The position numbers were made by a program, and so were the translations under genes. Under the pieces are notes generated by a model, which saw nothing but the letters and a program-made list of their open reading frames with translations, made no database searches and was not told where the DNA came from. From Octopus vulgaris (lineage: Eukaryota), in assembly GCA_951406725.2 (NCBI GenBank), contig OX597817.1, forward strand, positions 94,240,001 to 94,304,000: a DNA stretch of 64,000 nt. Reading direction: 5' to 3'. Below, piece after piece: positions 30,426-43,393 of this stretch (positions are counted from its first letter, which is position 1; each line of letters begins with the position of its first letter).

Positions 30426-30476
<51 letters not shown>

Positions 30477-30481
30477 CATAT

Positions 30482-30527
<46 letters not shown>

Positions 30528-31029
30528 ATACTAATAAAAAGGGTTCGGCAAAAGAATTGCGTCGCCGCATACCGAAGTTCAGAAATAGCAGCCAAAATCT
30601 TAGCCATTTCTTCTACTATAAAAAGGGTCTTCCAGGGAACTCAAAATACTTGAAGTTTAAACACACAGGCAGAGAGTAAAGCAAACGAAAATCAATCGAT
30701 ATCTGATCATCCATAGACGCGCGTTTCTGAATTAGGTCTTACGTAAAGAATATAAAATAATATATACCTTACCAACCGTATTCTTCATCAGTATGGATAC
30801 TCTGTTATAATCTGGAGGTACTAGAACATCTGAACGAATTAATTCATATAACGGTGTAGGCCGTTTGCATTCGATGTTAGTACCGCTAGATTCAAAACAC
30901 GAATGAAAGCCGCTCAGCCTCCCTCGCCCTTCCACGTGTGTCTCCAAGTAAAATGCTACATATTCTCAGGGATGGATTTCGTAGACAAGAACTGAAACAA
31001 ATCAATCGTATATATGTGTATGTATATAT

Positions 31030-31722
31030 GTAAGTGCATGTGTTTTGGTCTTGGCAACATGAATGACAATGGTCAGAGACTATTTGAATTTTGCACACAC
31101 CATAACCTGTGCATCACTAACACATTCTTTGCCAACAAGACATCTCACAAGATATCTTGGAGGCATCCAAGATCTCACCATTGGCATCAGCTGGATCTCA
31201 TCATTACACGAAGATCCTTTCTGAATTATGTTCAACTGACCCGTAGTTACCACAGCGCGGATTGTGACACAGATCATTCACTAATAAGAAGCAGGGTGAG
31301 GATTCTGCCTTAAAAATCCATCACTCCAAGAAAATGGGCCGACCATGCATTAACGCTGCCAGAACCTCGGACCCTACACTGCGACAATGTTTTGCTGTTT
31401 CTATCAAGGTTGCCCGCAGTAGCTGCCCAACCTCTTCTGTTGAAAGTAGGTGGAATTATATCAGGGAAGCTTTGTATACCATATCAATAGATACTTTCAG
31501 CATGAGAGAAAGGCAAAACCCACATTGGTTCAGTGCTGGGCTCTCAGAGCTGGAAACAGTTATCGAAGCAAAGCGTGCAGCTCTGATGCAATACTAGAGT
31601 GATTCTTCTACAAAGTCACTCGAAGAACACAGAAAGGCAAGAATTAAAACCCAACTGACTGCCAGACGCTATGCAAATAGGTATTGGCAGGAAATCTGTC
31701 AGAGTATCCAGTCAGAGTATCC
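31030..31722 (+). mobile_element. RTE-clade LINE fragment (APE C-terminal half and linker)
   Basis: NDNGQRLFEFC...LCITNTFF...SWRHPRSHHWHQLDLII...ADCDTDH. Confidence 0.88.
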
Positions 31723-32892
31723 ATTGCCGCACTTGCCCTTACCTCTCCAACACCACCCTCCTCACTGGCACCCATCACCGACCCTATCCCATCATCAACT
31801 CCTTCACCTGCACCTCCAGCAATATTATCTATTGCGTATCTTGCTCTCTTTGCCATTCCCTGTACATCGGACAAACGGGACGCCGCTTGGCTGACCTTTT
31901 CGCGGAACACCTCCGTGACATCCGCCTTGCCAACGACACACCGGTCTCACGCCATTTCCGCTCCACCGGTCACTCCTTGCAACACCTGTCTGTGTTCGGT
32001 TTGTCCTTGCACAGAGGCCATCCGGATTCCCGTTTGCGCCGTGAACAGGAATTAATCTTCTCTCTTCGTTCTTTCACGCCATTTGGTCTCAACTCTACCC
32101 CCTCCTAATCTAACCCCCTCTCCCCCCTCCTCATATAACCTCCCCTCGACCCCTACTTCTCTTCAGTCCTTCATCCTTTCACCCCTACTCCTCTTTCCTT
32201 CTTCCCTCTTTCTCTCTGCTCCCTCACTCCCCTTCTCTCTCTCTCTCTCCCCCTCTCTCTCTATCCTCCCTCCTCCTCTCCCCTCCTCTTCTCCTCTCCT
32301 TCCTCCTCCCCCTTCCCCCTCCTCTTCTCCCCTCTTCTCCCCTTTCCTTCTCCCCCCTCGCCCTCACCCCTCATCTCTCCTCTCTCTCCCCCTTACCTCC
32401 CCCTCTCCCCCTCTCCCCTCATCTCCTCTCTCTACACTACACCATACGACTTTACACATCACCCCTCCTCATCTCTCCTCTCCCCCTCATCTCCTCTCTC
32501 TACACTACACCATACGACTTTACACATCACATCATATATACATACACACGTCCAGACCTCTCATACGCACTAATACTCTCTCATACACACATACACTCTT
32601 ATGTAGGTCATTTAACCCTATTATCTCCCCTAATTTCGCTCTTGCGTCTCACGTTTGATCTTTGACTTCTGGCCGAAATCAGATCGCCATGTTGATTCGC
32701 TAGCCTCTGCACGCATTTTTTTTCTCTCCTTCTTTCTGTGTTTCTTTTCTGTGTATCTTTCTGTTGAAGAGCGTAGGCTCGAAACGTAAAAGACTTGTTT
32801 TATTTATATTCCTGAGCGCCATACTAATACAATTGTTTGTTTGTATTCCACCTGCCTTCGTCTTTTGTCTATTTTCATAAAGCTTCCCGTTA
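31722..32892 (+). mobile_element. Neptune-like PLE 3' part: Cys linker, GIY-YIG, CT/CA-rich UTR, hammerhead terminus
   Basis: CRTCPY...FTCTSSNIIYCVSCSLCHSLYIGQTGRRLAD.FAEH...RE..LI...GLN. Confidence 0.9.
32756..32793 (+). ncRNA. Minimal hammerhead-like motif with CUGUUGA core
   Basis: TCTTT-CTGTTGA-A-GAGC-gtag-GCTC-GAAA-CG-TA-AAAGA; perfect 5-bp stem I. Confidence 0.65.
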
Positions 32893-33245
32893 TATATATA
32901 TATATATATATAATAACAAAATAATAAATAAAACATATGCATATATACATACATATATGTACGTACCTACATCAATATGTATATAGACATGCATATATGT
33001 GTACAGGACACCAAAAAAAAACGTGGAACATAATGAGAAACGAAAACATGAAAACAAAACCAAGGAAAATGACATTTTTTTAAACAACGAAAAAACAAAC
33101 TGCAAGACATACAACACAAGGAAAATTCCCCGAAACACGGAGAAGACGAAACAGAGGCGGCTGAAGAGGGGGAATGAATAAACATCTTTTAAAATTGCAT
33201 TTTCAAACCTTCTTTCATATATACATACATATATATATATATATA

Positions 33246-33310
<65 letters not shown>

Positions 33311-33320
33311 TCTTTCATAT

Positions 33321-33381
<61 letters not shown>

Positions 33382-33454
33382 GATATATATATGTATATGT
33401 GTATATATATATATAGGTGCAGGAAACCGGTCATATACATGTATATATATATGA

Positions 33455-35080
33455 CGGGCTCGACCTAAACCCCAACCTGACACGTCCACAGTTCTTCGTC
33501 TGGCCGAACTTGTTCTTTCCCTCAACTGCTTCTCGTTCGCGGGTGAGTTTTACCAAAAGTTCTCGGCAGTGACCATTGGAACGAGAATGGGCCCCAACTA
33601 TGCGGACCTGTTCGTTGGCTAAGTTAAGGCCTAAATATTTTCAAGATTCACTGGTCCCACTCTCGAACTATACAGTCGTTATATTGATGACTATATCGGT
33701 GCGACCTCTATCTCCCGCGAACAACTAGACTCCTTCCTCTCTTTTGTCCAATCTTTCCATCCTGCCCTTTAATACTCCTGCACCATTTCCAACACTTCGT
33801 CGCATTTCTACTACTCTCACTACCTCCATCCTCTACAAACACACTGACTCACACTCCTACCTTATCATCTCCCCTTCCACCCTACTCACGCCAAGCTCTC
33901 CATCCTCTACTCTCAATTCCTCCGTCTGTGCAGGCTCTGCAGTGATACCCATGACTTTGAGACTCATTCTGAACTCATGGCTCGCCACTACATCCTTCGT
34001 GGATATTTCTTCACCACTATCCACACAGCCTTTGTCAAAGTACGTTCCATAGACCGTTCCCCTGCTCTTTCTCCCTGCACCTGCTCCATCGTTGCCCGTC
34101 TCCCGTTTCCCACACCTACCACACTTCCACCCCGCCCCTCCAACGTGCGATTCTCCGAGCTTTCGGCAAATCCAGTCCGACTCCTCCATCTTGCACATCT
34201 CCAACCTAGCTCTTCCCTCTTTAAAACGGGCCCACAACATGCGTGACTTCCTAGTCCACAGTTTCTTCCCTAACCACACCTTCCAACCTGGCTCGTTCCT
34301 CTACTCCCGCCCACGCTGCCGCATTTGTCCATACCTCCCCAACACCACCATCCTCACAGGCACACATCATCGTCCCTATCACATCACTGACTCCTTTACA
34401 TGCACTTCTAGCACCGTCATTTACTACATTGCCTGCTCTTTCTATCCTTCTCTGTACGTCGGTCAAACGGGATACCGCTTCGCTGACCGGTTCGCGGAAC
34501 ACCTCGGAGATATTAGACTCGGCAACGACACCTCTATCTTGCGCCATTTTCGCTCTACCGGTCATTCATCACAACACCTGTCTGTGTTCGGATTGTTTTC
34601 TCACAGGGGCCATCCGGACTACCGCCTTCTCCATGAACAGAGATTAATCTTCTCTCTTCGCTCCTTTGCCCCTCCACTCTCCTCTCTTCATCTGACACCT
34701 ACTTCCTCTCTTCAGTCCTACTCACCGCTCCTCTCCTCTTTTGCCCTGACACCTACTTCATCTATTCACTCCTACCCACCTTCTCTCTTCATCGTTACCC
34801 CTTCATCCACACCCCACCCCTTCACATCCCAATCCCACCACCCCACCCCTATACATCCCACTCCCACATTTCCCACCCACACATCCAACCCCCACATACC
34901 CCACCCCGCCCTCACATCCACACACCCACTCTCACATTCCTACACCCCACCATCGCATCCCCACCCGAACACCACCACACCACATAACACCAATCACACC
35001 ACCCCGCACACATTAACACTGACCCATTCCAGCACCCACACCATCATCTACACACCTACACACGCACACATCCACACGTC
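33455..35080 (+). mobile_element. Neptune-like PLE, decayed RT plus GIY-YIG (family of 31722)
   Basis: [32 protein letters not shown]; YVGQTG..FADRFAEH. Confidence 0.88.
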
Positions 35081-35082
35081 AA

Positions 35083-35285
35083 GGTAGACGGAAACTGAAA
35101 GAATTCCGTCGTATACATACACACACACACACATATATGTATGTATGTACATATTTATGCATATGTTTGTGTGTCTGTGCTTGTCCCTCCACCATCGCTT
35201 GACAATAAGTCCTGGAGTCGATTTGTTCGACTAAACGCAGTACACCAGCATTGTTGCAGTCAAACGACTGAAACAGGTAAAAGAA
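35083..35285 (+). mobile_element. SINE family A, 3' part
   Basis: GTAGACGGAAACTGAAAGAA...GACTGAAACAGGTAAAAGA. Confidence 0.8.
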
Positions 35286-35303
35286 TATATATATATATAT
35301 ATT

Positions 35304-35567
35304 TTTATATATAGAGGGCATTATTATACATACATGCCACACGCTAATAGGGACATTAGTCATTTCTACCAAAAATTTTACTAATCATACCCAATGCAAT
35401 TTTTCAAAGCAAGACATTTAAAAAAATGACTAAATTCATTTTTTTAAATGTCTTGCTTTGAAAAATTGCATTGGGTATGATTAGTAAAATTTTTGGTAGA
35501 AATGTTTGGTAGAAATGTCCCTATTAGCGTGTGGCATGTATGTATAATAATGCCCTCTATATATAAA
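35304..35567. repeat. Near-perfect ~260-bp palindrome in (TA)n
   Basis: Arms pair around a centre near 35430 (TGACTAAATTCA); right arm continues as unique sequence to ~35685. Confidence 0.92.
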
Positions 35568-35711
35568 TTAATATGTTCAATAAGAAAGAATTATTTTCGA
35601 AATTTTTCTCTTATGAGGTTTTTCACGCTATCTACCTGATAATTTCTTGTTAAGATTCCTTATTAAGAAGTTATCCTTAATTGTTATATATATATATATA
35701 TATATATATAT

Positions 35712-37221
35712 AGGTGAGAAAGTTGGTGTGTGAAAGCACGTTGTTGGATATATAAAAAATAGAAAAGAGTGAAAAACTACAGAAGGCTTGTTTTATAAGG
35801 TTGAAGAATATATTTAAGTCGTTATGTTAGAAAAATGTTAGAAAATTTTGTGTATAGTAACATAGGTTTTGGAGAAATAACCGGTTTCGTGTAAACTTGT
35901 TTTATACTCTGGAATGAAAACACTGATAAACTCCAAAATATACAGTTCACAATGGAGTACAACCAAAAGGAGCTTCCATTCTTAGATATACTGATTAAAA
36001 AAAAATTAACCTAAAAATAGAAACAGACATATTCTACAAAACCACAGACGCCAAACAATACCTACTTTTTTATTCATGCCACCCAAGACACACTAAAACA
36101 AACATCCCTTTCAACCTTGCAAGAAGGATATGCACAACAGTGTCAGAACAAAATACCAGGAACTTTAGACTACAAGAACTCAACAACACCCTTATTGACA
36201 GACACTACCCAGTTCAACTCATAGAGGATGGGATCAGACGTGCAACAGAAATCGACATAGAAACTTTGAGAAAAGTTCAACACAACAACACACCTTCCCC
36301 GAAAATACTACCTTACATATCCACATACAACCCTAGAAACAAAGAAACCTTCACCATCATCACCCAGAATTTACCAATACTTCATAAGGACCCCACATTA
36401 AAGGAAATTCTAAACATACATAAAATCATTAAAAGCTACAAACAATCTAAATCACTAAAAATGATTCTCACAAAGGCAAAATTGTTTTCTGAAATTGCGG
36501 ATGCAAAAGTAAAAAAATGTGGTAGACCAAACTGCGCAACATGCCCAAACTTTCTAGAAGGATCGGAATTCCTTTTCAAAGAGGGACAAAAATTCAAGAT
36601 CAAATCTAATTTTACTTGTGCTTTTGAAAACATAATTTATGTCATAAGATGCTCGGGCTGCCACCAAAACTCCGTAGGGTCCACGGAATTATTACTCAGA
36701 CGCAGATGCACTCTGCATCGACAACAGATTGCATTCCCAGAATACAGAATGATACCCTTTAGTGAGCATATTGAGAAATGCGCAAAGCAACTACTATCAC
36801 AATTTTTAATCTTTCCATTTTATCAATGTGCCATTGGAACACCAACACAAATTAGATTAAACAAGGAAACATTCTTCATTGAAAAATATAAGCCTAAACT
36901 TAACCATTCTAACATTCTTACACAGAGAAACTCATCTCATTGAAAAAAAGAAAAAAATATAAAGCGAGTATCTCACTTATACCGGAAGAAATCCCTGATT
37001 ACCTCCCCCTGCTTGGAACTCTTCTTTGCACTACATAACGAAGACATGGCACGATGTAGGCAAAGAAATTTGAGAAATTTGAAAAGTTTACACGGTTTCT
37101 CCAAAAACTGTTACTATACACAACAGTTTATAACATTTTTCTAACATAACGACATAAATATATTCTTCAATCTTATGAAACAAGCCTTTTGTAGTTTTTT
37201 CACTCTTTTCTATTTAGTATA

Positions 37222-37222
<1 letters not shown>
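35712..37222 (+). mobile_element. Second Neptune-like PLE family, 5'-truncated, with inverted terminal arms (35750-35900 and 37083-37222)
   Basis: LPFLDI, YKTTD..QYL.F.SCHP; ORF 36140-36943 KCGRPNCATC, FTC..ENIIYVIRC, GST...RR...H, ETFFIEKYKPKLN. Confidence 0.9.
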
Positions 37223-37269
<47 letters not shown>

Positions 37270-37316
37270 CATATTTTAATATATACATACATACTTACAT
37301 TCACACACACCCACAT

Positions 37317-37356
<40 letters not shown>

Positions 37357-37949
37357 TGGTTAAATAGCTGGATGGTTGGGTGGTTGGATGGCTGCATGGC
37401 TGGAAGGATGTTTAGAAGTATATGTTTATAAATGTCTCATTTCCATAGAGTCACGCTTCGTGGAATATAGAGCAATATTTCATGCTGACAGGTTTAATGT
37501 TCTACTTGTTTGTTTCTGCATGTATTATTGTGCTGAGTTTATTCTCAGTTTCAGCACTGAGTTTCATAATCGGCGCTGTTCACCTAACTGAAACGTAAAC
37601 TTATTGTATTTGTATAAAAAAATATGACAAGCTTGGATGTTTAAGGACACAAAAAAATGTGTTAACCTACAAACGAAGAAAAAAGTTATGAAAATAAATT
37701 TATGAAAAAACCCGAACAACGAAAACAAATTTATAATAAAAGAATGTGTATATATACACATAATTTCACACACATGCGCCCACATGCTCATGCGCACACA
37801 CATACATATACCAGTAACGACACCAGACATCATGGAAGAACGGTTAAATAACATACACGATATGTCAAAACTTTCGTCGCACAACTGTGGCCTGTCATTT
37901 TTCCATGTAGTTGCTTGCTTATTTAATTATATCTTCTTTATAAAACCAA

Positions 37950-38760
37950 AGCAATTTATGAAATAGAACAGATTGATGGTATTATCTGATATCCAAATGT
38001 TTCAAGGTTAGGACCTCTTCCTCAGGAAATCATTAGAGAAAAGTTATTCGCTGGTTACTCTCTCAGGTAGTGTGTATGTATTTGAATGTATCATTATAGT
38101 AACCAATCGGCACCGTTCTGTTATAAATAAATGGGGTATGTTTTTTTAATTAAAAGAGCCTCTTTTATTCTGAAGTACCCAAAATGTCTTTCTGTTGCTT
38201 CAATAAAAACCTGGACGTCCTGAGAGGTGTTTTTTGACTGAAGACAGATTAGCATGGAAATGTTCCTTTATCGGTATATGCAATTGTCTAATAATGCTTC
38301 TGATATAGAATTCCTTGCATCTGGTGCAGTTGATTGTTTTTACACTACGTTGGACAACAGACATGTATCTACATTTTTGATCGAGCAGTTGGTGTTGTTT
38401 TGTCTTAGCTTGCATTTAGTTATAAACTTCCCCAGGGAAGGTCCGAAGTATGCCAATTGTATATTCAATCCCTCTCTACAGATCTCATAGTGGATAACAG
38501 CAGCTGATTTTTCATTAAAATGTGACATTTTCACAACACATATGTTATGATTGGATGTGTAGAATTCGCGAGGTGGTCTGGTGGTGTGTTGGCGTTTAGT
38601 GAAATAATATGAATTGCCGTTCTCCTTCGGGGTCTTTTTGAATCGCACGGTGTTGATGTGTTTGCTTTCTGCCTCCCTTGCGTTTCTTATGAATCTCATT
38701 TCTAATATAGGCTATCTATGCTATGAGAGGTAGGAGTGCACTGAAATGTACAAATAGGCT
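37950..38760 (-). mobile_element. Decayed PLE GIY-YIG and terminus fragment
   Basis: INCTRCKEFYI.S..RQLH..IKEH; degenerate CTGAGGA...GAAAC on the minus strand near 38000-38028. Confidence 0.55.
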
Positions 38761-38789
<29 letters not shown>

Positions 38790-38795
<6 letters not shown>

Positions 38796-41230
38796 GTCGC
38801 TTTTTACATTAGAGTACTATAGAGAGTCAAAGGATAGAGAAAGTAAACCTCGGCTTCTCATTAAAAGACATTCCCATACCAACCAAGAACGAATATTTAA
38901 AGCAACTATCAGCCAACACAAGCTCCTACATAAGAAGTATGAGATGGAAAGCATCCTTCTACGACAAGAAAAACAGCACACAAGAATACCAGAAGGAAGA
39001 AAACGCACTCAAAAGAGTTCAAATCTCTGAGAAACCCACTAGCAAATCAACACCCGACGCAATTCGAAGGAGAACTATGCAAAATAATAAAAACATCAAA
39101 ATCAGGAAATACCCAACAAGAAACAACGAACACCAACAGAAACTGGAAAAACTACTGGAGGCTTTTAAAAATACAAACGGAATACTAGTGCCTGCGGACA
39201 AAACCGGTGGCCTTTATATTGTAAACACCATACTATATGATAATTTGATTAGAAAAGAAATACTTAGCAAATACAAACATACACCCAACAACACCTTAAC
39301 TAATATAAACAACAAAGGATATGAAATAGTAAAAAAGACTAGAGATAGAAGATAGGACGGAACCACATGTCCCAAGAAAACATAGGATAAATCTTAAACA
39401 CAATAAAAATAACTTTGATAGTGAGTCAATGTCAGATTAATAAATCCATCGAAATTGGACATAGGACTATAAGCAAAAGCATCATACATAAAATGATGCC
39501 CCCAACTCAAAATCAATATTAGACTTTCCTGATGGTCAGATACTCAGGATGTAATTGGATGGTTTGAAAAAATAGAAAAGAACAAAAAACTCCAAATTTA
39601 TACAATTTATGCAATTAGATGTAGATAACCACTACTCCACCCACAATTAACCTTATAATACTCAATAAAGCACTCATACTTGCAATGAAAAATTCTAGCC
39701 TATCTAAGTCAGATGTAGATATGATGTTAACAGCAGGAGAAACCGTCATTGATTATGACAACAAACTATGGACTAGATCAGTTAGAATGAATTCCTTCGA
39801 CATACCAATGGGTTCGAGTGACTCAGCTCAGGTCACGGATATCGTAGGAATTTACATCTTATTCCATATCAAATCCTCATTCCCACAAATAACGGGGGCT
39901 CTATACGATGTCCTTTTCGTAATAAATAATTCTACTAAAGTAGAAATAGAAAGATACAGAAAAAAGTACATAAATTATGTAAAAGTTTCGATCTATCTAT
40001 AACCATTAGCGTAAGGCAGTTTCTTAGATGCTAATTAGATATTACTTGGATGCTATTAACGTAGAAACAGGGATGTATCAACCATACCACAAACTGAACG
40101 AGTCTTAGACACATAGATGTAAAGTCCAATTATCCACCATCCATAATCAAAGGAATAGTTAGGAATTTAGCCACCAGTATATATCGCGTCTGTCAGCCAC
40201 CGAAACAACATTCAACATACATTCACCTTACTACACTGAAATACTAGCTAGGGCCGAGTATATGGAAAATAATCAAATTCACGCCTGGAGAAGCCCTAAA
40301 TAATACTAATACCCACGCATCGAAAGTAGATAACACAGCAAACACATAAAAACACAAAATAAACAAGATAGGAAAAATAAACAAAACCCAAAAGAATAAC
40401 AATAATAACAAAAACGACGCACAAAATGCCAATAATACACAAAATAGGTTAAAGGAACCAAACAAAAATTATTAAAATTTCGAGGTCTTATGGTATAACC
40501 CAATTTTCAGATTGCAAATGTTATCGAAGATAGTTAAACAATTCCTTGCAGCGTTAGATAGGTGTTTCTCTAAAACACATAAATACCATCGTATCTTCAA
40601 CATGCACACAGTGAAAGTATCATACGCCACGTCGAACAACATGGAGTAGTACATACACAAATACAACAATAAAAAGTACACATGCAAACAACAACCATAG
40701 ACAATGAACAAACAGAGCAAAATAACACAGGGCACAGGAACGATAACGAAAATAAACAGGATAGGAATCACAACACATGGATAGCGACCCCGACAGTTAT
40801 AATAGGATCCAAACAAAAACTCAAAAAAGACTCAGCAAAACAGACAATAGCATCAAGAACTGCTAAGACACTGCTAAGCAACCGGAACATCACAATATCA
40901 AATACAAAAGTTACCAAATAACTACCAAAATAATAATAGTGCAAATCATGGCAGCCGTCGCAAGAAATATGCATGTCCGCTTTATGAACCAATGCATGCA
41001 AAAAGAAAAGAAACATCATATATAAATGCAAAATCACTAAACCACTACATAAATACGCTTACATAGGAGCCTCCGAAACCAATTCAAGGTCCGTTATCGC
41101 AACCACATCTCCTCATTCAAAGAGATAAGCCGGCGACTCGCAATATCACAATCGGACCTAATATAGAGATTCAAAGAAGGAAAAATATAAAATAGAATGG
41201 GCAATAATAAAAAAATGCACACACATTAAA
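38790..41230 (+). mobile_element. Naiad-like PLE, near full-length, heavily decayed
   Basis: VPADKTG, RLINPSK.DIG, FDIPMGSSDSAQVTDIVG, WYNP.F, IFNMHTVKVSY, Cys-rich linker, YIGASET. Confidence 0.85.
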
Positions 41231-41574
41231 ATTGTCTAAACCCCATTTTCAGCCATAACTTTTACCAGGTTTGACGTATTTTGTTCAAACTTGATGCCGA
41301 TGTTACTAAGGAATCGTCGGATCTTTGACTGTTTAAAGTTCTCCAAAAAAAAAAAAAAAAAAGTCGATGAGTGGAAAAATCGGTAAACCGATACCTTATG
41401 GGATTTCCCAATCAAATTGTCTGCAACTCACTTTCAGCCAAACGTTTACCAATTCAAATGGATTTTGCTCAAATTTGATGTCGGTGTTGGTTAGTTTGGT
41501 TTGAAACAAAGCGCTTGATTAATTTAATGATGATCTCAACTTAATCCCGGACAACGCCGGGCTATACTGCTAGT
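41230..41574 (+). mobile_element. Helitron-like non-autonomous element, 3' end
   Basis: CCCGG-acaacg-CCGGG hairpin 8 nt before a terminal CTAG followed by T. Confidence 0.65.
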
Positions 41575-41641
41575 GTAAATATATATATGTAAATATATAT
41601 GTATATATATATATATGTGTAAATATATATATATATATGTG

Positions 41642-41683
<42 letters not shown>

Positions 41684-41734
41684 GTGAGGGAAGAAATGGA
41701 GCTGAACGAAGATTTTACAAAATTCCTTTTTATT

Positions 41735-41820
41735 ATTTTCTACACATGTTTCAAAGGCTGCAAATTCCCTAATTCGGATTGAATAAGGAGACCATTTTGC
41801 AGCATTCTCTTCAGGAAAAT
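41735..41820 (-). ncRNA. Hammerhead ribozyme, inverted copy of 44003-44088
   Basis: Reverse complement of 44003-44088. Confidence 0.8.
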
Positions 41821-41907
41821 CCAGGAACTTAAATCTCCAAACAAATGCGCAGCAAGCTTTTCGAACAAACGCTCCCTAGGAGCCCATGGTAAGAATGGCA
41901 CAAGACT

Positions 41908-43393
41908 GCCCCTACCACAAGCCTTCCACTAACTTAAAGTATGTCAGTGTTTTCTCGAACCACGCTAAAACTATAACAGACAATTTGGTTAAAAATATTT
42001 CTCAAAGATTAACTAATTTGTCTGCCAATGTCGACATTTTTAGGCAGAAAGCGGAATTTTATAATGCCGCCCTGTCTAAAGCCGGTTATAGGGAGAAGGT
42101 AGTATATATAGATCCGGCCCTTCCGATGCCAGCATTCTGTCATCAGGATAGGGCCAGCTACAATAACATAAATAATTTAAGTAGTGATGGTAGCCTGAGG
42201 AATGTCGAAACAAGTACATCTAGAATAAATATAGATAACATAAATAATTTGCGGTCCAGGGGAGGCCATAGTAAGCCAAAACCTATTATTCAACCTAGAA
42301 ATACCCACCTTAATGTCAGAGTTGGATCCACGACCCAGTACAAAAACAGGAATAAATATATTTGGTTTGTAATTCCCTTTGGTAAACAAATAAGATCTAA
42401 CCTACCCCTGCAGTTTCGCCAAGTTTCGCCAAGTTTCGCCAGTTTCGCCAGTAATTTTCCCAGAAATTCCAGATATTACGCCACTGTTAACTCACACAAA
42501 GTTAGGATAGCCTTCTCCAATACTAAAAATCTCTCACAGATAATTTCCTCCCATAACAATAAGCTGCTAAATAAGACCCTCTCACCCACGTTCGGAGACG
42601 CAGCTCCGTCTAATGCCAGAATAACGCGCAGTAATAATAATAATAATAATGATAATAGAACCGACACAGAGATTAGCAATATCCATACTAGCCATGGAGT
42701 TAATAATAGGAATAAGGATAGGAGCAATGGTGACGGCATTAACGTTAGTAATGGGAATAGGGATGAGAGCACTGCCCGAGTCATTAAAGTAGAGAGTCCC
42801 AATAACAATTTTAGCAGCGGGTTTAACAACAGTAGCATCACGGACATTAGCAATCACAGCGATCTCAGTGGCAGGGAATATACAGGTGATATTCCATTAA
42901 ATAGTATTGATAATGGGGTGTATAATGTCGAAGACAGCCGTAGTTCTTACAATCATCATAGTAATAAGAACGCCGTATTAATATCGGAAGCCAATCCCAA
43001 TAGAATAAGGTTCTTATCTAGTAATTCCAAGATTAGAAATGCCATTTACCATATACTGAATCAGATGTCTACTTGTATATCGGAGCGTCATCATCAAAAT
43101 TGGCCGTGAGAATATCGAACCACTTCACAACGTTTCGCGATTTTGGAAAACAACACGCGACCGGACTAAGTAAATTAATCTGGCATTTGAAGAACGCGAA
43201 TTCAGCCTTTAGACTGGAATGGTCGATTTTATCGGTGTCTGTACCGTTTGATAGAGGCAAAAGAATCTGTAATCTTTGCAACTCTGAACTTTTTCACATT
43301 TTGTTCGCACGAGGGCAGTTAGTTAACTGGATTTTGCAAAACCCTTTTAGATGTCCCCACTGGAGGCGGCATACATTTCTTGCATACAATTGA
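41908..43393 (+). pseudogene. PLE pol C-terminal part (thumb, Asn-rich linker, GIY-YIG), single frameshift near 43055
   Basis: ORFs 41886-43109 and 43073-43393. Confidence 0.85.

Noticed and set aside
30578-30595. AGAAATAGCA resembles the Cas9 sgRNA scaffold; CRISPR or Fanzor-like system considered
   Set aside because: Only a ~10-nt match; no repeat-spacer array and no RuvC/TnpB-like ORF in the window
33121-33178. Apparent type II hammerhead (TTCCCC-GAAA...CTGAAGA-GGGGGAA)
   Set aside because: No NUH triplet or stem I between the core halves; the pairing is explained by an inversion junction of a PLE terminus
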